Below are positions 25,320 through 38,719 of a stretch of DNA of 64,000 nt, one piece after another; within the stretch, counting starts at the first letter, position 1; every line of letters begins with the position of its first letter. Below the pieces are notes generated by a model. It worked only from the letters and a program-made list of their open reading frames with translations, was not told where the DNA came from and ran no database searches. The stretch is taken from positions 15,996,001 to 16,060,000 of the forward strand of contig CATNEN010000001.1 of the NCBI GenBank assembly GCA_950097015.1, given 5' to 3'. The position numbers and the translations under genes were made by a program. The stretch is from Macrostomum hystrix. Lineage: Eukaryota > Animalia > Platyhelminthes.

Positions 25320-27770
25320 AAATTTTTTAGAATTTTGCCAATGCATTTCGACCACAATCGGTCATCTTCAGGGCAGACTCATCAATTAAACACACAGAAC
25401 CAAGTTGTATATATTGTAGAGGTTTTTCGGTAATGAGGCGAGAGCAAGGCGGTGGTTCAATTGGTTAATGGGTTTATAGAATAATGTTATTGGAATCTAG
25501 AAAAAGGGGGGTTAGTGAAGAGATTCCAGAGCTGAGCTGCTGTATATTTATAATGTTGAGATAATCTTCCGGAAAGTTCTAGAAAAATATAATGCATTAT
25601 AACAAAATGATTGTTAAGAAAATACTGCTAGTTATTTATCGCTAGTTTTACCAGCAGAATGCGAATACTTGTTAATAATTAAATATATTGAAATACAGTA
25701 AATGGGAAATTGTTTCAGACACAGAACTTTCTAGAAAACGTACGAATAGAAATTTCTCGAAGGTCACTACAATATATATTTTTTTAAGAAATGAAAACTG
25801 TACATTGCAAAGTGCGAATCAATTTCGGTCCAGTCCGGTTAACAAGAGAAAAAAACAACAACCAAATAAAGTTCAACGACGCTTCTAACATAGCTAAAAC
25901 ACATTGAGTTGGCGGCTTGCACCCCCCATGGCTAACTGACTGTTCAAATATGGTTTCAGAGCCTTAATGTACATAGCCTCGAGAATATTCAATTTGTTTT
26001 CTTGGCTACAGGAATCAATCACTTTAAACATATCACAACAGTTCTTATTGCAACAGGAGTTACACGAGAGAAGGTGCTCATTGATGGCAGAATTTCTAAT
26101 CCAATGCTCCTTAACCCTTGTGTACAAGTGTCGCTTAGTTTTACCTATGTAGGAGATGTTCTGATCCACAGAACAATGAAATTTATACACGACACCTGCA
26201 ACAAGTGGTCTAGGAACATGGGACTTCAGCCTGCAGACAAACTGAGCAATCTTTTCCGTGCGGAACAAAACCCGGAGCTGGGAATCAATGTTACTTCTAA
26301 ATAATTTTTTCCACTTTCTTCCCAAACTCCATGGAGCAGAGGCCCAAAAAAGGAACCACAATCACGGGGCTACGATCATTATTGGGATCTTTCTTCTGAG
26401 TATGGTTTTGACCAGAAAACTTCTTGCAGAGAAACCTATTAATGATGTTGGAAATATGACCACGAGGGTATCCATTCATCATGAACAACCGAGTAAGCTG
26501 CTCCAGCTCATCATGTAAAAGCTTCCAGGAACTGCAAATCAGAAAAGCTCTTTGGAGAAAGCACCGCACCAAACCGTCTTTCCATTGCCTAGGGCAGAGG
26601 GCATCAAACCTTAGCATGAGACCAGTGAAGCTAGCTTTTCTAAACACGCTAGTTTGAATCAAGCCTTTACTCATATCAACGTCAATGTCCAGAAAGGGAA
26701 GTCTTTTTTCTCCACCCTCAGAAGTAAACTTGATGTTCTTATGGGTAGCATTGATAGTATTGAAGAACTCTTCCTTTTTGGCCTCATTGTCGAAAATGGC
26801 AAAAGTATCATCCACATAACGTTTGTAAAAATGTGGAGCACACGGGAGGGCCATCCACTCTTTTTCCCAGTAAGCCATGCAGAGATTGGCAAGAGTAGGA
26901 GCCAGAGGACTGCCCATAGCGCATCCATCAATCTGCCTGTAGTATTTGTCCCGGAACAGGAAAATACCAGAGGTGGCGAACCCAAGCATCTTCTTGAAAG
27001 TGGTTTTAGGAAAGGATGGGTGATTAAAGCTTTTATAGACAAGGTCAGTAGCAAGGTCAATGGCAAACTGCAGAGGGATGTTAGTGAATAGCGAAACAAC
27101 ATCAAAGCTGAACAATTTATCAGTAGGATGAACATTAACACAGTTCAAGCTTTCAACAAATTCACGATTAGAAGAGACACAGTAATCTTGAGGGATAACA
27201 GGTTTGATAAGAGCATCAAGATACTTGGCAAGCTCATACTCAGAGGTGTTAATCATGGACACAATGGGTCTCAGGGGGTAGCCACTTTTGTGAACTTTGC
27301 ACAGCCCATACAGCTGACCAGGTTGGCTCCCACAAGGAGTAATCCGTTGAAAAGTATCAGGGCAAATGTGCGGTTTCACATAAGTTCTAAGAAAAGTTTG
27401 TAAAGATCTCTCATTTTTAAGCACGGGGTGCATCATAGTGACCTCATTGGCCTCACCAAGGCAATGGAATTAGAGTTTGTCCTGCACAATTTCGTCAAGT
27501 TTACCTAAGTAGTCAGAGCTGTCCATGATGGCAACACCATGGCCTTTGTCGTAGCTAACAATCTTAATTTCGTTGTTTTTCTTAAGCTTCTCCAAAGTCT
27601 GATGGACTAGTCTATTACGTCTAGCACCAACATACCCACGAGCACAGCTAATGAACTTATCAAATTCAGCAATGAGACGAATCCTAAAATTATCTGGCAA
27701 GCCACCACTCAAAGCATTATTAGCCCGAAGGCACTTACTAATTCCAGATTCAATCTCGGCCTTGAGAAAG
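25320..27770 (-). mobile_element. Penelope-like element, 5'-truncated, one or more frameshifts
   Basis: DKG, LYGLCKVHK..PLRPIVS, SFDVVSLFT, GCAMGSPL, RYVDD, PFLD; GIY-YIG VVYKFHC...YIGKTKR; downstream hammerhead. Confidence 0.93.
25335..25376 (-). ncRNA. Minimal type I hammerhead ribozyme (Penelope-type)
   Basis: Minus strand TGCC-CTGAAGA-T-GACC(GATTGT)GGTC-GAAATGCATT-GGCA; palindromic stem III ATGCAT. Confidence 0.87.
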
Positions 27771-27771
27771 G

Positions 27772-28484
27772 AAAAGGAAAACAGTTGACAAAGCCAATGT
27801 TAGGCAGGTCCAACAGTGGTGACTTGATGACCGCTCCTGTGGCGTCTTTTTCTGATTGTCCTCTAATAGGGATCGGTACGCTTCCCCTCATCTATTCTGG
27901 CCAGCAGTTGTGCAAAATGTTACTCTGCCTTCAGCACGCAAGCCCTCGGCTCGACAGTAACTGCATCCTAAGTAGCTTGTGTGACCTAGAGTGCAAATTA
28001 AAAAAATGCGGGCAGGGGTATCGCAGACAAAATAAATTGTGGAGAACATAATGCTGATTTTTTCACTGATTTTGACTGGAGTGGACAGAAAGTTTTTTGC
28101 TTCTTGGCAAAACTGTCGCAGGTACTTCTGTACTGGTGGCTTTCCAGTGCCGGCCCAAACAGCCACTGGAAATGGCTTAGCGAATGCGGATGGAATTTTC
28201 ATTAGGAGTGGCCATAGACTAATCGAACTGGATCGATAGAGGGGAAGTCCGTCACTGTTTAGAAATGCGTCGAATTTGTAACACTTGGCTGAACCTTCAT
28301 GCGGCAAATTTTCTGGTCGCAGTGTCAACAAATTCTTCGAAAGTAGTTGCTGCAGATTCTCCAGAATAGAAATATAACGAAAGTGCCCGTCTCCCATGGC
28401 CACCAAGTCACCAGTAGGACAGCTTTCTCTGGCCAGGCGTTCAAATGTTTTGTAAGATTTTGCGACAGGCAAATGGTTGGGTCT
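27772..28484 (-). pseudogene. CMC/EnSpm-like DDE transposase fragment
   Basis: NSDGLPLYRSS..SLWPLL, GTGKP, FVCDTPAR, GHTSYLGCSYC, SPLLDL motifs; both ends lost. Confidence 0.75.
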
Positions 28485-30581
28485 TTTGCAAGCCGATGAC
28501 CGCCCTGGTGAAAGATAGGAGTGTGGAGAAAAGACGATACAGTCGAAGGTCGATCGCGTAGCTGCCCGCGAGTTGTCGCGGAGAGGGATGAGACGAAGGG
28601 AGGGATGAAGGGAGAGATGAAGGGAGAGATGAGGCGGTACAAAGGATGCAGGGAGTGGTCCTATTGGCCTCAGGCTGGCCAGTCCCACTCGTCCCATAGG
28701 CCACAGGCGTGACAGCCGTGCCTACCCCTAGCAATGCTCGAAACCGGCTAAAAGTCTAAGAAGAGGGTCGGACTGCCCGGAATCGGACAGGGCAGGGCTA
28801 ACTAGTCTACTGCCGTCAGTAGCATGTAAGTAACTGACTCCTAACCTTGGTAGCGGTGGTCGAAACGGCCCAGGCTCTTGTCGCAGAAATGCGGAAAGGC
28901 TATTGGCAAAGCGGAAAATGATCTCAGGTAGCGCCACCACCCAATGCGCCTACGTTGCCACCGCAGACATTTGGGAACTAGGGTCCCCGGAGTACACAGC
29001 TCCTAGTTTATCACGCAGATCTAGACAAGCCGAAAAATAGGGCACTCTGCAACTTCCGTTTTAGACTGGGGTGAGAGCCCCAGAATGGATCGAGACACGC
29101 CTCAAAAGGGGATTCCTGAATTCGCGCTACAGGGGTCTAGAAAGGTGGTACTAAGAACTCGAATGAAAACCCATAGCCGGAATGAAACCCATGAAACTCA
29201 TGAAACATCAGACACATTCTTTACATTAGACTGCAGCCTACACATTAAGTAACTAACAAATCCGAATCTGTGTGAGATGAGGAAATCAGAGGCAGGAGAG
29301 ATTAAGCAGAACACTGGCTGAGTGATTATGCAAGCGATGATTATTAGATCACACCTCTCGCTCCCATGGCCGCGGTTACGAGAGGCGGGGAATAGAAGGA
29401 GAATTCAATTGGCAAAGGAGTTTGACGCGCACACTGGAATCCGCCAGGGAGTGAGGAAAGCCGGCCAAGGAATTCCCCGCCCCTAGGCAGCAATGCACAC
29501 GCTACATTCCGCATTTTACTCGCAATTCCCTAGCTCCCCTCCCACTAAATGCCGCCTAACCTAAAGTGTTAGTCCCTTAGGAGTAATAATTACAAAACCG
29601 CTGCGCGGGTTACTTATCTGAGTGCCGGCTGGCCGTGTGCTGCAGTCCCGTTGTTCTCGGGGAGAAAGGATGGGCAAAAACAGCAAGGCAGAGAGAGGAT
29701 AAACTAAAATGAGCTGGCAGGGGCCAACACACCAATGGAGCTCTAAGGCTCAATTTAGTGCTCACCTAAAGAGGTGGCTTGCTCTACTAATGGATGAGGA
29801 GCAGGCAATGAGCCTGTGAGCGCTTGTCTGAGCTTATAGCTCTAGGGTCTAAGCCCTAAGTGGATGTAGGAAAAGTGCTTTGGGTCCGGTGGGAGTACGG
29901 CCCGGCAATGAGATATAGGTCGAGGTCCGGGGCAGGTAAGGTTGTCCTAGGGGCAGCGCAGCGCGCCTTCTTAAATAGTCCTGCAGCACGCCAACCCCGA
30001 CATCCATCAAAATAACCCACATTCGCGCCAGCCTGTCATCGAGGAATCGAAGCGGCGATGGCCACCCCGATTACCCAATGAACCAGCGGCGAGAAACGAC
30101 AGATGCTCCTTCACGAGCAGCCGCCGACAGTCGGCCAATAATTGTTACTCCGCCAGGACAATGGGAAGCGCAGGCGCCGACCTGCCTACAGTGACATTTA
30201 CATGTATCTAAGAGAGGAGGTCATAAAGTCGAGCTGGGCTCGAATACTGTAAAGAAGTGGGGACATGAAGAATTAATGATCACTCATAATGCCCGAGTGA
30301 TTCCCAATATCTGATCGCGGTTTGGAGGGGAATTATGACCTAAACTACACATACAATAAAAGCTATGGCCGCGATCAGTCATTCCTACAGGGGTCTAGAC
30401 AGATCCAGGGAAAAGGGATTCGACGGCTACTTAATTCACCGCCGCCCAAAACCCGGCCCTAAGATTAATGATCTTGTTTGTGGCCAGCTGCTAGGTGGGT
30501 TGCGATTATTGATTGCTTAAAAATTTGAAAAATTCCGCTGGCTCACATTCCCACTCGATTCCCGCAGCACACTCCACATCA
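28485..30581 (-). mobile_element. Solo LTR copy A (left end lost, ~230-bp internal deletion)
   Basis: Homologous along its length to copies B and C; same terminus ...CTCCACATCA. Confidence 0.75.
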
Positions 30582-30683
30582 CTCCACCTTCGCTCACTTT
30601 CACGTAAGACACTTACGTGCCTACTGACAGTAGTAGCGGGGTGTCTCGAGAATCGAGGGGAAAAAATAATAATAATTACCTAC

Positions 30684-33005
30684 TGAAATAGTTGCGGGTT
30701 TGCAATCCGATGATCTGTCCTCGTGAAGGAAAGGAGTGTGGGGATGGCGATAGAGTCAGAAGTCGTACCGCAAAGTCTCGCGAGTTGCCGCGGAAAGAGG
30801 GATGAAGGGAGAGATGAAGGGAGAGACAGTGGATGCAGGGAGTGGTCCTCTCGGCCTCAGGCTGGCCAGTCCCACTCAACCCGTAGGCCACAGGCATGAC
30901 TGCCGTGCCTACCCCAAGCAGTGCTCGAAACCGGCTAAAAGTCTAAATAGATGTCGGGCCACCCGCAAGCGGATAGGACAGGGCTAGGTAGCCTACTGTC
31001 ATCAGTAGCATGTTCGTAACTGACCCCTAACCTTGGTAGCAGTGGTCGACTCGGCCTAGGCTCTTGTCTTAGAAATGCAGAAACGCTATCGGCAAAGCGG
31101 AAAAATGATCTAGGGTAGCGCCACCACCCAATGCGCCTACGTTGCCACCGCAGACATTTGGGAACTTGGGTCCCCGGAGCTCGCAGCTCCTAGTTTGTCA
31201 CACAGATCTTAGACAAGCCGAAAAAATAGAGCCTTCTGTAACTTCCGTTTTAGACTAGGGTGAAGACCCCAGAATGGATCGAGACACGCCTCACCAGGGG
31301 ATTCCTGAATTTGCGCTACAGTGGTCTAGAAAGGTGGTACTCAGAACCCGAAAGAGAAATCCATAGCCAGAATCCTACTCATGGGACATCAGACACATTC
31401 TGTACATTAGGCTGCAGCCTACACATTAGATAACTAGCAATCCGAGTCTGTGCGAGTTGAGGAAATCAGAGGCAGGAGAGATTAAACTGAACACTGGCTG
31501 AGTGATTATGCAAGCGTAAGATTACATGATCATCACCCTCGCTTCCGTGGCGGCGGATGCGAGAGGCGGGGAACAGAAGGAAGACTCAATCGGCAGGGGA
31601 GTTTGACACGCACTCCTCGATCCGCCAGGAAGAGAGGAATAACCCGCCAAGGAATTCCCACCCCTGGGCAGAAAGAAAACACGTGCTACACTCCGCATTT
31701 TACTTGCAAATCCCTAGCTCCATATTGCTCTCATACGCGCTTACAATTGCCTTCCTGCCGCAGCTTTCAGCTCGGCTGTGCCAGAGCCCATTTCCCTAAT
31801 AGATTAGCCACTCATGGTAGAGGGCTGTCTAAGGTTAAAATAAGGAGAAAGTAACAGCATGGCGGAAAGATTTAAATTGTTATTAAATTGGCCTAATGTT
31901 TAAATAATTGGCGAGTGCTGATAATTTATTAGGCTGAACAGATCCCTTGCCCGAGCCCGTACTTCCCGCCTAGACTAAAAGTGCAGCCCCGTAGAAATAA
32001 CAATCACAAACCGCTGCGCGGGTTACTTATCTGGAGTCGCTTCGGCCGCGGGCTGCAATCCCGTTGATCTCGGGGAAGGGGGTGGGGTAAGACAGCAGAG
32101 ACAGGGGAGGGAAGTGCTGTGAGTTGGCAGGGGCCAACACGCTTGGAGCTCAAGGCTCAATTCAACGGCTCACCTAAAGAGGTGGCTCGCGCTCAGGGGG
32201 AATGGGGACAGGCAATGGGCCTGCGCTAGCCGTGGAGCTATGAGCTCTAGGGTCTATGCCCTAAGTGGATCTGGGGGACAAGTCCTGGGTCCGGTGGGAT
32301 TCCGGCCCGGCAAAGGTAAACCGGCAGGGAGAAAGGGGAAGAGCCGGTGGGAGAAAAGAGGGTCCAGAGGGAGCAGCGCAGCGCGCTTGCTTAAATAGGC
32401 CTTGCAGCACGCCAACCCCGACATCCATCAAAGCAACCCACATTCGCGCCCGCCTGTCAACGGGGAATCGAAGCGACGACAGGCCGCCCCAATTGCCCAA
32501 TGAACCGGCGGCGGGAAACGACAGGTGCTCATCGAGAGCAGCCATCGGCAGACGGCCCACAATTGTTACTCCGCCGGGACAATGGAGGCGCAGGCGCCGA
32601 CCTGCCTACAGTGACATTTACGAGTATCTACAAGGGGGAGATCATAAAGTCGAGCTGGGCTCGAATACTGTAAAGAAGAGGGGACATGAAGAATTTAATG
32701 ATCACTCATAACGCGCGAGTGAGCCCCTATATCTGATCGCGGTTTGGAGGGGAATTATGACCTAAACTAGTTCATACAGTAACATTATGGCCGCGATCAG
32801 TCATTCCTACGGGGAGTCTAGACAACTCCGGAGAGAGAGGATTCGACAGCTACTTGATTCACCGCCGCCTCAAACCCGGCCCTAAGATTAATGATCCTGT
32901 TTGTGGCCAGCTGCTATGTGGGTCGCAATTATTAACTACTTAAAAAAATTGAAAAATTATGCTGGCTCACATTCCCACTCGATTCCCGCAGCACACTCCA
33001 CATCA
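30684..33005 (-). mobile_element. Solo LTR copy B (~2.3 kb)
   Basis: TGA...TCA termini with imperfect inverted repeat (GYTGCGGG/CCCGCAGC); 4-bp TSD CTAC; TATTTAAG box on the minus strand; no ORF conserved across copies. Confidence 0.82.
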
Positions 33006-33832
33006 CTACAACATACTGTACAGAACCCGGAGAAGAATTCCGCTAGAGAAGAAATCCTAATGCGTACGTACGTACGGTTACTATAAATAGATTGGTGCGT
33101 GAGTATAGAATGGTCGGCGCCCCTAGTGATTACGGTATAGCGTCCTATGGGGGCTGGGTGCGCATTCCGTTCGCGGTAAAGTTGCCCTTGGTGCCCGCGG
33201 GGTGCCGTGTCCCGATTCGCCTTCTTCTCCAGGTGGCTGCAGCTGTCCCCGTCTTTCCCTGCCCGGCTTGGTCTCGGTTGCGCAATCCCGGGAGGCTCCG
33301 GCCGTTTTCTCCGTGAGTCCGAGGGGTCCGGCCGTGCTCTTCCCAGGTGGCTCCAGATTGGTTGGCCCGTTCGCGTCTCGCCGATTCCGTTGCCGGGCTG
33401 TGGTAGCCTCTGATTCGGCGCGCGCCCAGGTGTTCTCAGCTGGCCGGGCCCGAAAATTCTCATCGGGCCGGTTGCCTAGCCGTTGCGCGCGGCCCAATCG
33501 GCGCTGCAGCTGGTCGCAGCTGGGGATAACCGCTGCTCAGGCCGTTCGGCGGTGCTGTTGCTGGCCGCAGGGTTTCCTCACCGAAAAGGTCAGGGCCCCA
33601 ACAACTAAACTGTTACCACGGCCCCCCTAAACTGGTTCTGCCCGGAATTCCCACTTTGCTCCCATTGGCTGGCGGTTAGACCGCCACGTCCCCCTAAATT
33701 AGCGCTATAAAGGTAAACACTTGACGCCCCATTAACCTCAAGCCTATTATCTCTAAAATTCTCGCAACTCCCAGCAAATCGCTATTTCTTGTACCGAAAA
33801 AAGTGAACTTCCTGTGCTATCGTCTTCTTGCT

Positions 33833-35298
33833 ATGGACCATCAGCAGTCTGGAGAGGAAAGGTGAGTTATGTGACTTCTACTCGGCCCCCCAAGGCCGGT
33901 TATTAAGGATAATTGCGAGGGTTATGTCATAATAATTAGGATAACTAGAGTCCCCCTTACCCACGGCACGCCTATTTATCCCAAAAATTTGGAATTGACC
34001 CCGACCCGAAACTGCGAAAAGAGGCCAGGTAATATTTGAACTGACAAACTCGCCTATAACTTACATATACTGCTATAGCTACCTCACCGTTGTTTACTGG
34101 TACAACACTTCCTTGAATCATGTTTGTTAATTTCCAAGAAACATAATTTGCGTGATTAACGAGTTTGGCAATACATAATTTCAGGCATCAAAGAAAAAAT
34201 CGGCCGGGAGAAAAAAGGGTCGGGCCGACGCCCGTCCCTTGCGGGCCCCGCCCCGCCCCCCGCCACCGCCAACGCCGCCGCCATCGCCGCCACCGTCCAG
34301 GCCGGCCACCAGGGCTTCATATGCCCGGGTGGCCGGCGCTCCCCCCCCGATCCCGACCCAGCCTGCCCCTGCCCCAGTCCGCCCTCTTCTCCCCGCCCAA
34401 CCCAACCTTCCAGCCCGCCCAACCCAACCTTCCAGCCCGCCCCATCCCTCCTCAACCCAACCCAGGCCCACAACCCACCCTCACCACCCCTGCCCCAGTC
34501 GGCCAACCGCCCCGTCCAGCCCGCCCCATCCCTCCTCAACCCAACCCAGGCCCACAACCCACCCTTACCACCCTGCCCCAGTCGGCCAACCCCCCCGTCC
34601 AGCCCGTCCCATCCCTCCCCAACCCAACCCAGGCCCAGCCCACCCTCCCCCCCATCCCCAGCAGCAGCAGAGTCGCCGCGGCCGCCCTCATCATCGGGGA
34701 GGCCGCAAGTGGCGCAGTTGGAAGATGAATGTGAGTTTCTGTGCCTTTAAATAGTGCTGTTGACAGTGACCCTCCTAACTTTATAAATTAATTCTTCAGT
34801 GCAGTCAATAGCAGAAATATGCATTTATTCGTTGATTCGGGGTTTTGGGATTTACAGCTTTAATCCCAGATCCCAAGTCCTTCTCTGATCCCAAATCCTT
34901 CTCCAAAATCCCACTTCTTCAGTTATTGACTTTATCATGCAATCATCCCCGTTCATTAGTTATCCCATTTCATGAGTTATCCCCGTTTATCAGTTATACA
35001 GTTATGCAGGATTGTACTAACAACCGTCCTTGCTCTATATTTTTTGTTTTAAAAATTTGCAGAGAGACAGCGTGCGAGCTTACCTGCTCTTGATGGAGCA
35101 GGTAAAACTTCGCTCGCTGTCGGCGTATTGTCGAGGGTGAGTTAACTTTTTATCAATGTTAATTTCACAGCTAATGATGGAATTCTCTAAATCAATTCAA
35201 TTGCCAGAAGGTCTTGTATTTTGCAGCAATTTCGGTTTCATGCCACCGCCGTGGCATTGGGGCCCGGGCGGGCCCGGTGGTGGGGGCATCGCTTTCTG
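33833..35298 (+). other. Putative multi-exon gene for a proline-rich protein, with apparent frameshifts
   Basis: TATAAAA near 33706, ATG 33833; GC-rich blocks bounded by cag acceptors and gtgagt donors (33833-33861, 34185-34730, 35063-35136, 35227-35298); phases of the last three are compatible. Confidence 0.5.
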
Positions 35299-35544
35299 GT
35301 GAGTTCTGGCTATTCTGCCAACAAATAAATACGCTATTTTCTGTCTATGTGTGCCTGATCCTGTCTATCTGCCCTGCCCCTGCGTAAATCAGGCAATTTC
35401 ATTGGCCACAAGTGTTAGAAAAAAGGAAGAAATGAGCTCCGCTTCCAGTCCAAATTTTAATTTTAGAATGTGACTAGCAATTAAGCCGCCCCGAGTTATT
35501 CAGTTATTCAAAAATTCGTCACAAACTAATTCGTCACTTCGTCA

Positions 35545-35780
35545 GATATCCTCTTCAGCAGCTATCCCCTTTCACCAGTTATCCCTCGTCTACAGTTATC
35601 CCATATCGGCAGAAATCCCATTTCATCAGATAGCCCACTCCAGGAGTAATCCCACTTAACCTATTATCTTACTTCAGCAGTTCCAATGTCAGCAGTTATC
35701 TAACTTCATCAGTAATTCAACTTCTGCAGTTTTCCCAGTGCAGCAGTTATCCCACTTCAGCAGTTATCCCACATCAGGGG
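35545..35780. repeat. Degenerate ~18-bp repeat (CAGCAGTTATCCCACTT), related copies at 34910-35005
   Basis: Recurring motif visible. Confidence 0.7.
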
Positions 35781-36779
35781 TAGCAGGGGCCATCAGATTA
35801 GCGAGTTTAAAAAATATGTTTATCCAGACGCAAATGTATTTTATCTTCAAGGGCAATAAATTTCGAAGGTCCCAGCGAAAAAAGTAAATTTCTATGTGCA
35901 TCCGTTTAAAAAAGACATCGCGTAGAAAAGTGGCCTTTAATATAATTTACAGTCTTTAAGTGCCGCGTCCTTCTACTCTAGTAGTCCTTGCAAATAACTA
36001 CTAATTTTGACTACTAACTAAACTTTTCCGTTTAGCTTCCAGTGCAGATGCTGCTATATAGGGGTCCTTTGACTAAACCCTTCTCACACCGAGCCAAACT
36101 AACGACCGTTTAATTTATCGATCCTTCCAAACCAAAAATATTTGTCAGTCATTTAACACCCACCCCATTCCCAAAACCCCATATTCGCGTGCGATTCGCT
36201 GTGATTCATTTAATGACACCCACCCTATTTCCCAAACCCCATAATCGCGTGTCCTCTCTGTCTTGAGGCTCCTGGCTTGCCTATTATGGTGTCCTGCATA
36301 TCACACCATCTATTTAACACAAGACCAGAACAAAGACGCTCGTTCAGTCTCGACTCTCAAACTATTTTGTCATTAGACAGTGGACTTGTTGATTCTACTA
36401 AGAAAGAAAATTGTTTATCGAATCTAATAAACTTCAGTACATCTTTATTTTTATAACGTTGAGATTTGCAAAGACTATCTGAGATTGAGAAAAACAGAAG
36501 AACTCTGAGAAGAACATATTCTCATCGCATTCTCCCTAACTCTCCTCTTTATTAAAGACCAAGGAACAACTAAACATCATTATTTCGTTTCTTTTATTAA
36601 AAATGGCTAATTTTGTTGACTATATTATTGACTATTTTCGTATTGTGGATTGTTCATATTGTTCATTGTTTAATTCGGGCAGACAGGAGGTAGTGAGGGG
36701 CAGAGAGGAGAGAATTGAGATCATGGGATTAGAATTGAGATCATGGCATTGGAAAGGGGATCGTGGGATTGGAAAGTGG

Positions 36780-37380
36780 TCAGTGCCCTCCTTACTAGAA
36801 AGGGGCCAGTTCCCTCCCTGTTAGAGTGATCAGTGCCCTCCCTGCTAGAAGGGGTCAGCGCCCTCCCTGCTAGAGAGGGGTCAGTGCCCTCCCTGCTAGA
36901 GGGGCCAGTTCCCTCCCTGCTAGAGTGATCAGTGCCCTCCCTGCTAGAGTGATCAGTGCCCTCCCTGCTAGAGAGGGGTCAGTGCCCTCCCTGCTAGAGA
37001 GGGGTCAGTGCCCTCCATGCTAGAGTGATCAGTGCCCTCCCTGCTAGAGAGGGGTCAGTGCCCTCCCTGCTAGAGAGGGGTCAGTGCCCTCCCTGCTAGA
37101 GGGGCCAGTTCCCTCCCTGCTAGAGTGATCAGTGCCCTCCCTGCTAGAGTGATCAGTGCCCTCCCTGCTAGAGAGGGGTCAGTGCCCTCCCTGCTAGAGA
37201 GGGGTCAGTGCCCTCCCTGCTAGAGTGATCAGTGCCCTTCCTGCTAGAGAGGGGTCAGTGCCCTCCCTGCTAGAGGGGCCAGTTCCCTCCCTGCTAGAGT
37301 GATCAGTGCCCTCCCTGCTAGAGTGATCAGTGCCCTCCCTGCTAGAGGGGTCAGTGCCCCCATGAGGGGACCAGTGCCCT
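36780..37380. repeat. 24-26-bp minisatellite with core CAGTGCCCTCCCTGCTAGAG
   Basis: Tandem array with three alternating linker variants. Confidence 0.95.
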
Positions 37381-38247
37381 CAGGCAAGCAGGCAGGCAGG
37401 CAGGTAGGCAGACAGACAGGTAGACAGACAGGACAGGAGCAGATATCTACCCCATACTTTACTTGTATGGCTTACTAAATCTAGCCCAAATCTACCAAAC
37501 CCAACCCCAACCCCACCCAATGCAGCCTCCTCTCCACTCCACCCTAGCTCTCCACCCTCTAAGCTTCTACTCTTCTACTTACACTTCCACTTCTTCCATG
37601 TGTTCATGAGCCATGACCCATGTGCTCAAATATCTATCTGGCCTACAAGATAGAAATGTTTACCAACCCTGTCCTAATAGGTCAGTGTCCATAGATCTTA
37701 TATTCCCTAGAATCTAAGTCTTGCATTTTCGGTCAGACATACAAATTATTCCAGATTCCGAGCTGACTCTTTACCCTACTGTTAGTAGACTTTATTGTTT
37801 GTGGTGAAAAAGAAATAGTTAAGAAAAAGTTGAAATACTTTTATATTTTAATTTATAAGCTTTCATATGGATTGAGGATATTAGATGGGCTGTTTAGAAA
37901 GCAGAACTAGAAGCCGCGCACAAAATTGTTAAGTCTGGGAATGTGTTAAGAACCGTAATCCGGCTTTCAAAAATATTTGTAAATGCTGTCATGTATTTCA
38001 CGTAACAAGCTGAGCTTGGCGATAAAAAAGGTGCTAATATTAATTCTAACAATGCTAATTCTTCCTCCTGGGCTAGAATATTAGCACGGTGAGTGCGAAA
38101 AGTGTGCTCCATACAGGAAAGGGGCACTGATTTCTGGGATAGGTTTGCACAAGTATGGCTTTTGAAAGAGAGCAAGAAAATGACGGCTAAGTTTCTTGCG
38201 CCAAGCCCATTTTACCAAATAGGGCTTAGACAACAGAAGAAAGCTTC

Positions 38248-38409
38248 ATACTTACCTGGCGCGGGGGATACCGTGATCAAGAAGGCGGTGCCTCCAGGAC
38301 GAGGCATGTACATTGCACTCCGTATGGGCTGACTCCTGCGACTACCCCAAATCGGGGTGGCTCGAGCGCATAATTTTTGGTAGTGGGGACAAGCGTTCGC
38401 GCTGTCCCT
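38248..38409 (+). ncRNA. U1: U1 spliceosomal snRNA
   Basis: 5' ATACTTACCTGG, U1-70K loop GATCAAGAAG, U1A loop CATTGCACTC, Sm site ATAATTTTTGG, terminal stem with TTCG loop; about 162 nt. Confidence 0.97.
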
Positions 38410-38703
38410 TTCCTAACAAATCAGAAAAAGATTGCCAAAGTGTTTAGCTTGATTATTGATTAAAACATTGACTGATTAAGACTCTAAACTGAGCAAGAAA
38501 CTGAGAAGAGCCAAAGCTAGAAGCTAGACTGGACCGAGGCTAGCCCAAAAAAGAGATCTAACTGCTGTCTGGCTAAAAGTGCAGCCGCGCTTAAAATACT
38601 ACTCAGGATAGTGTATATAATAGGTAAGTGTTGTATAGTTAGGTTAGGTAGTGGTGGTGAAGATAGAATATAATTGTTGGCTTTTTTGGTTGGCAGAATC
38701 TTT

Positions 38704-38719
38704 GCCGTAAAGACGGTCT
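38704..38719 (+). ncRNA. Spliced-leader RNA gene, 5' part of exon (nt 1-16), interrupted
   Basis: GCCGTAAAGACGGTCT overlaps the downstream SL part by the duplicated AAAGACGGTCT; rejoining gives a 45-nt exon ending in ATG. Confidence 0.88.

Noticed and set aside
28485-33005. Copies A and B as the two LTRs of one element
   Set aside because: B has its own TSD (CTAC) on both sides and the copies are clearly diverged
36055-36064. TATATAGGGG resembling a plant Pol I start site
   Set aside because: Short motif, far from 18S, no support in an animal context
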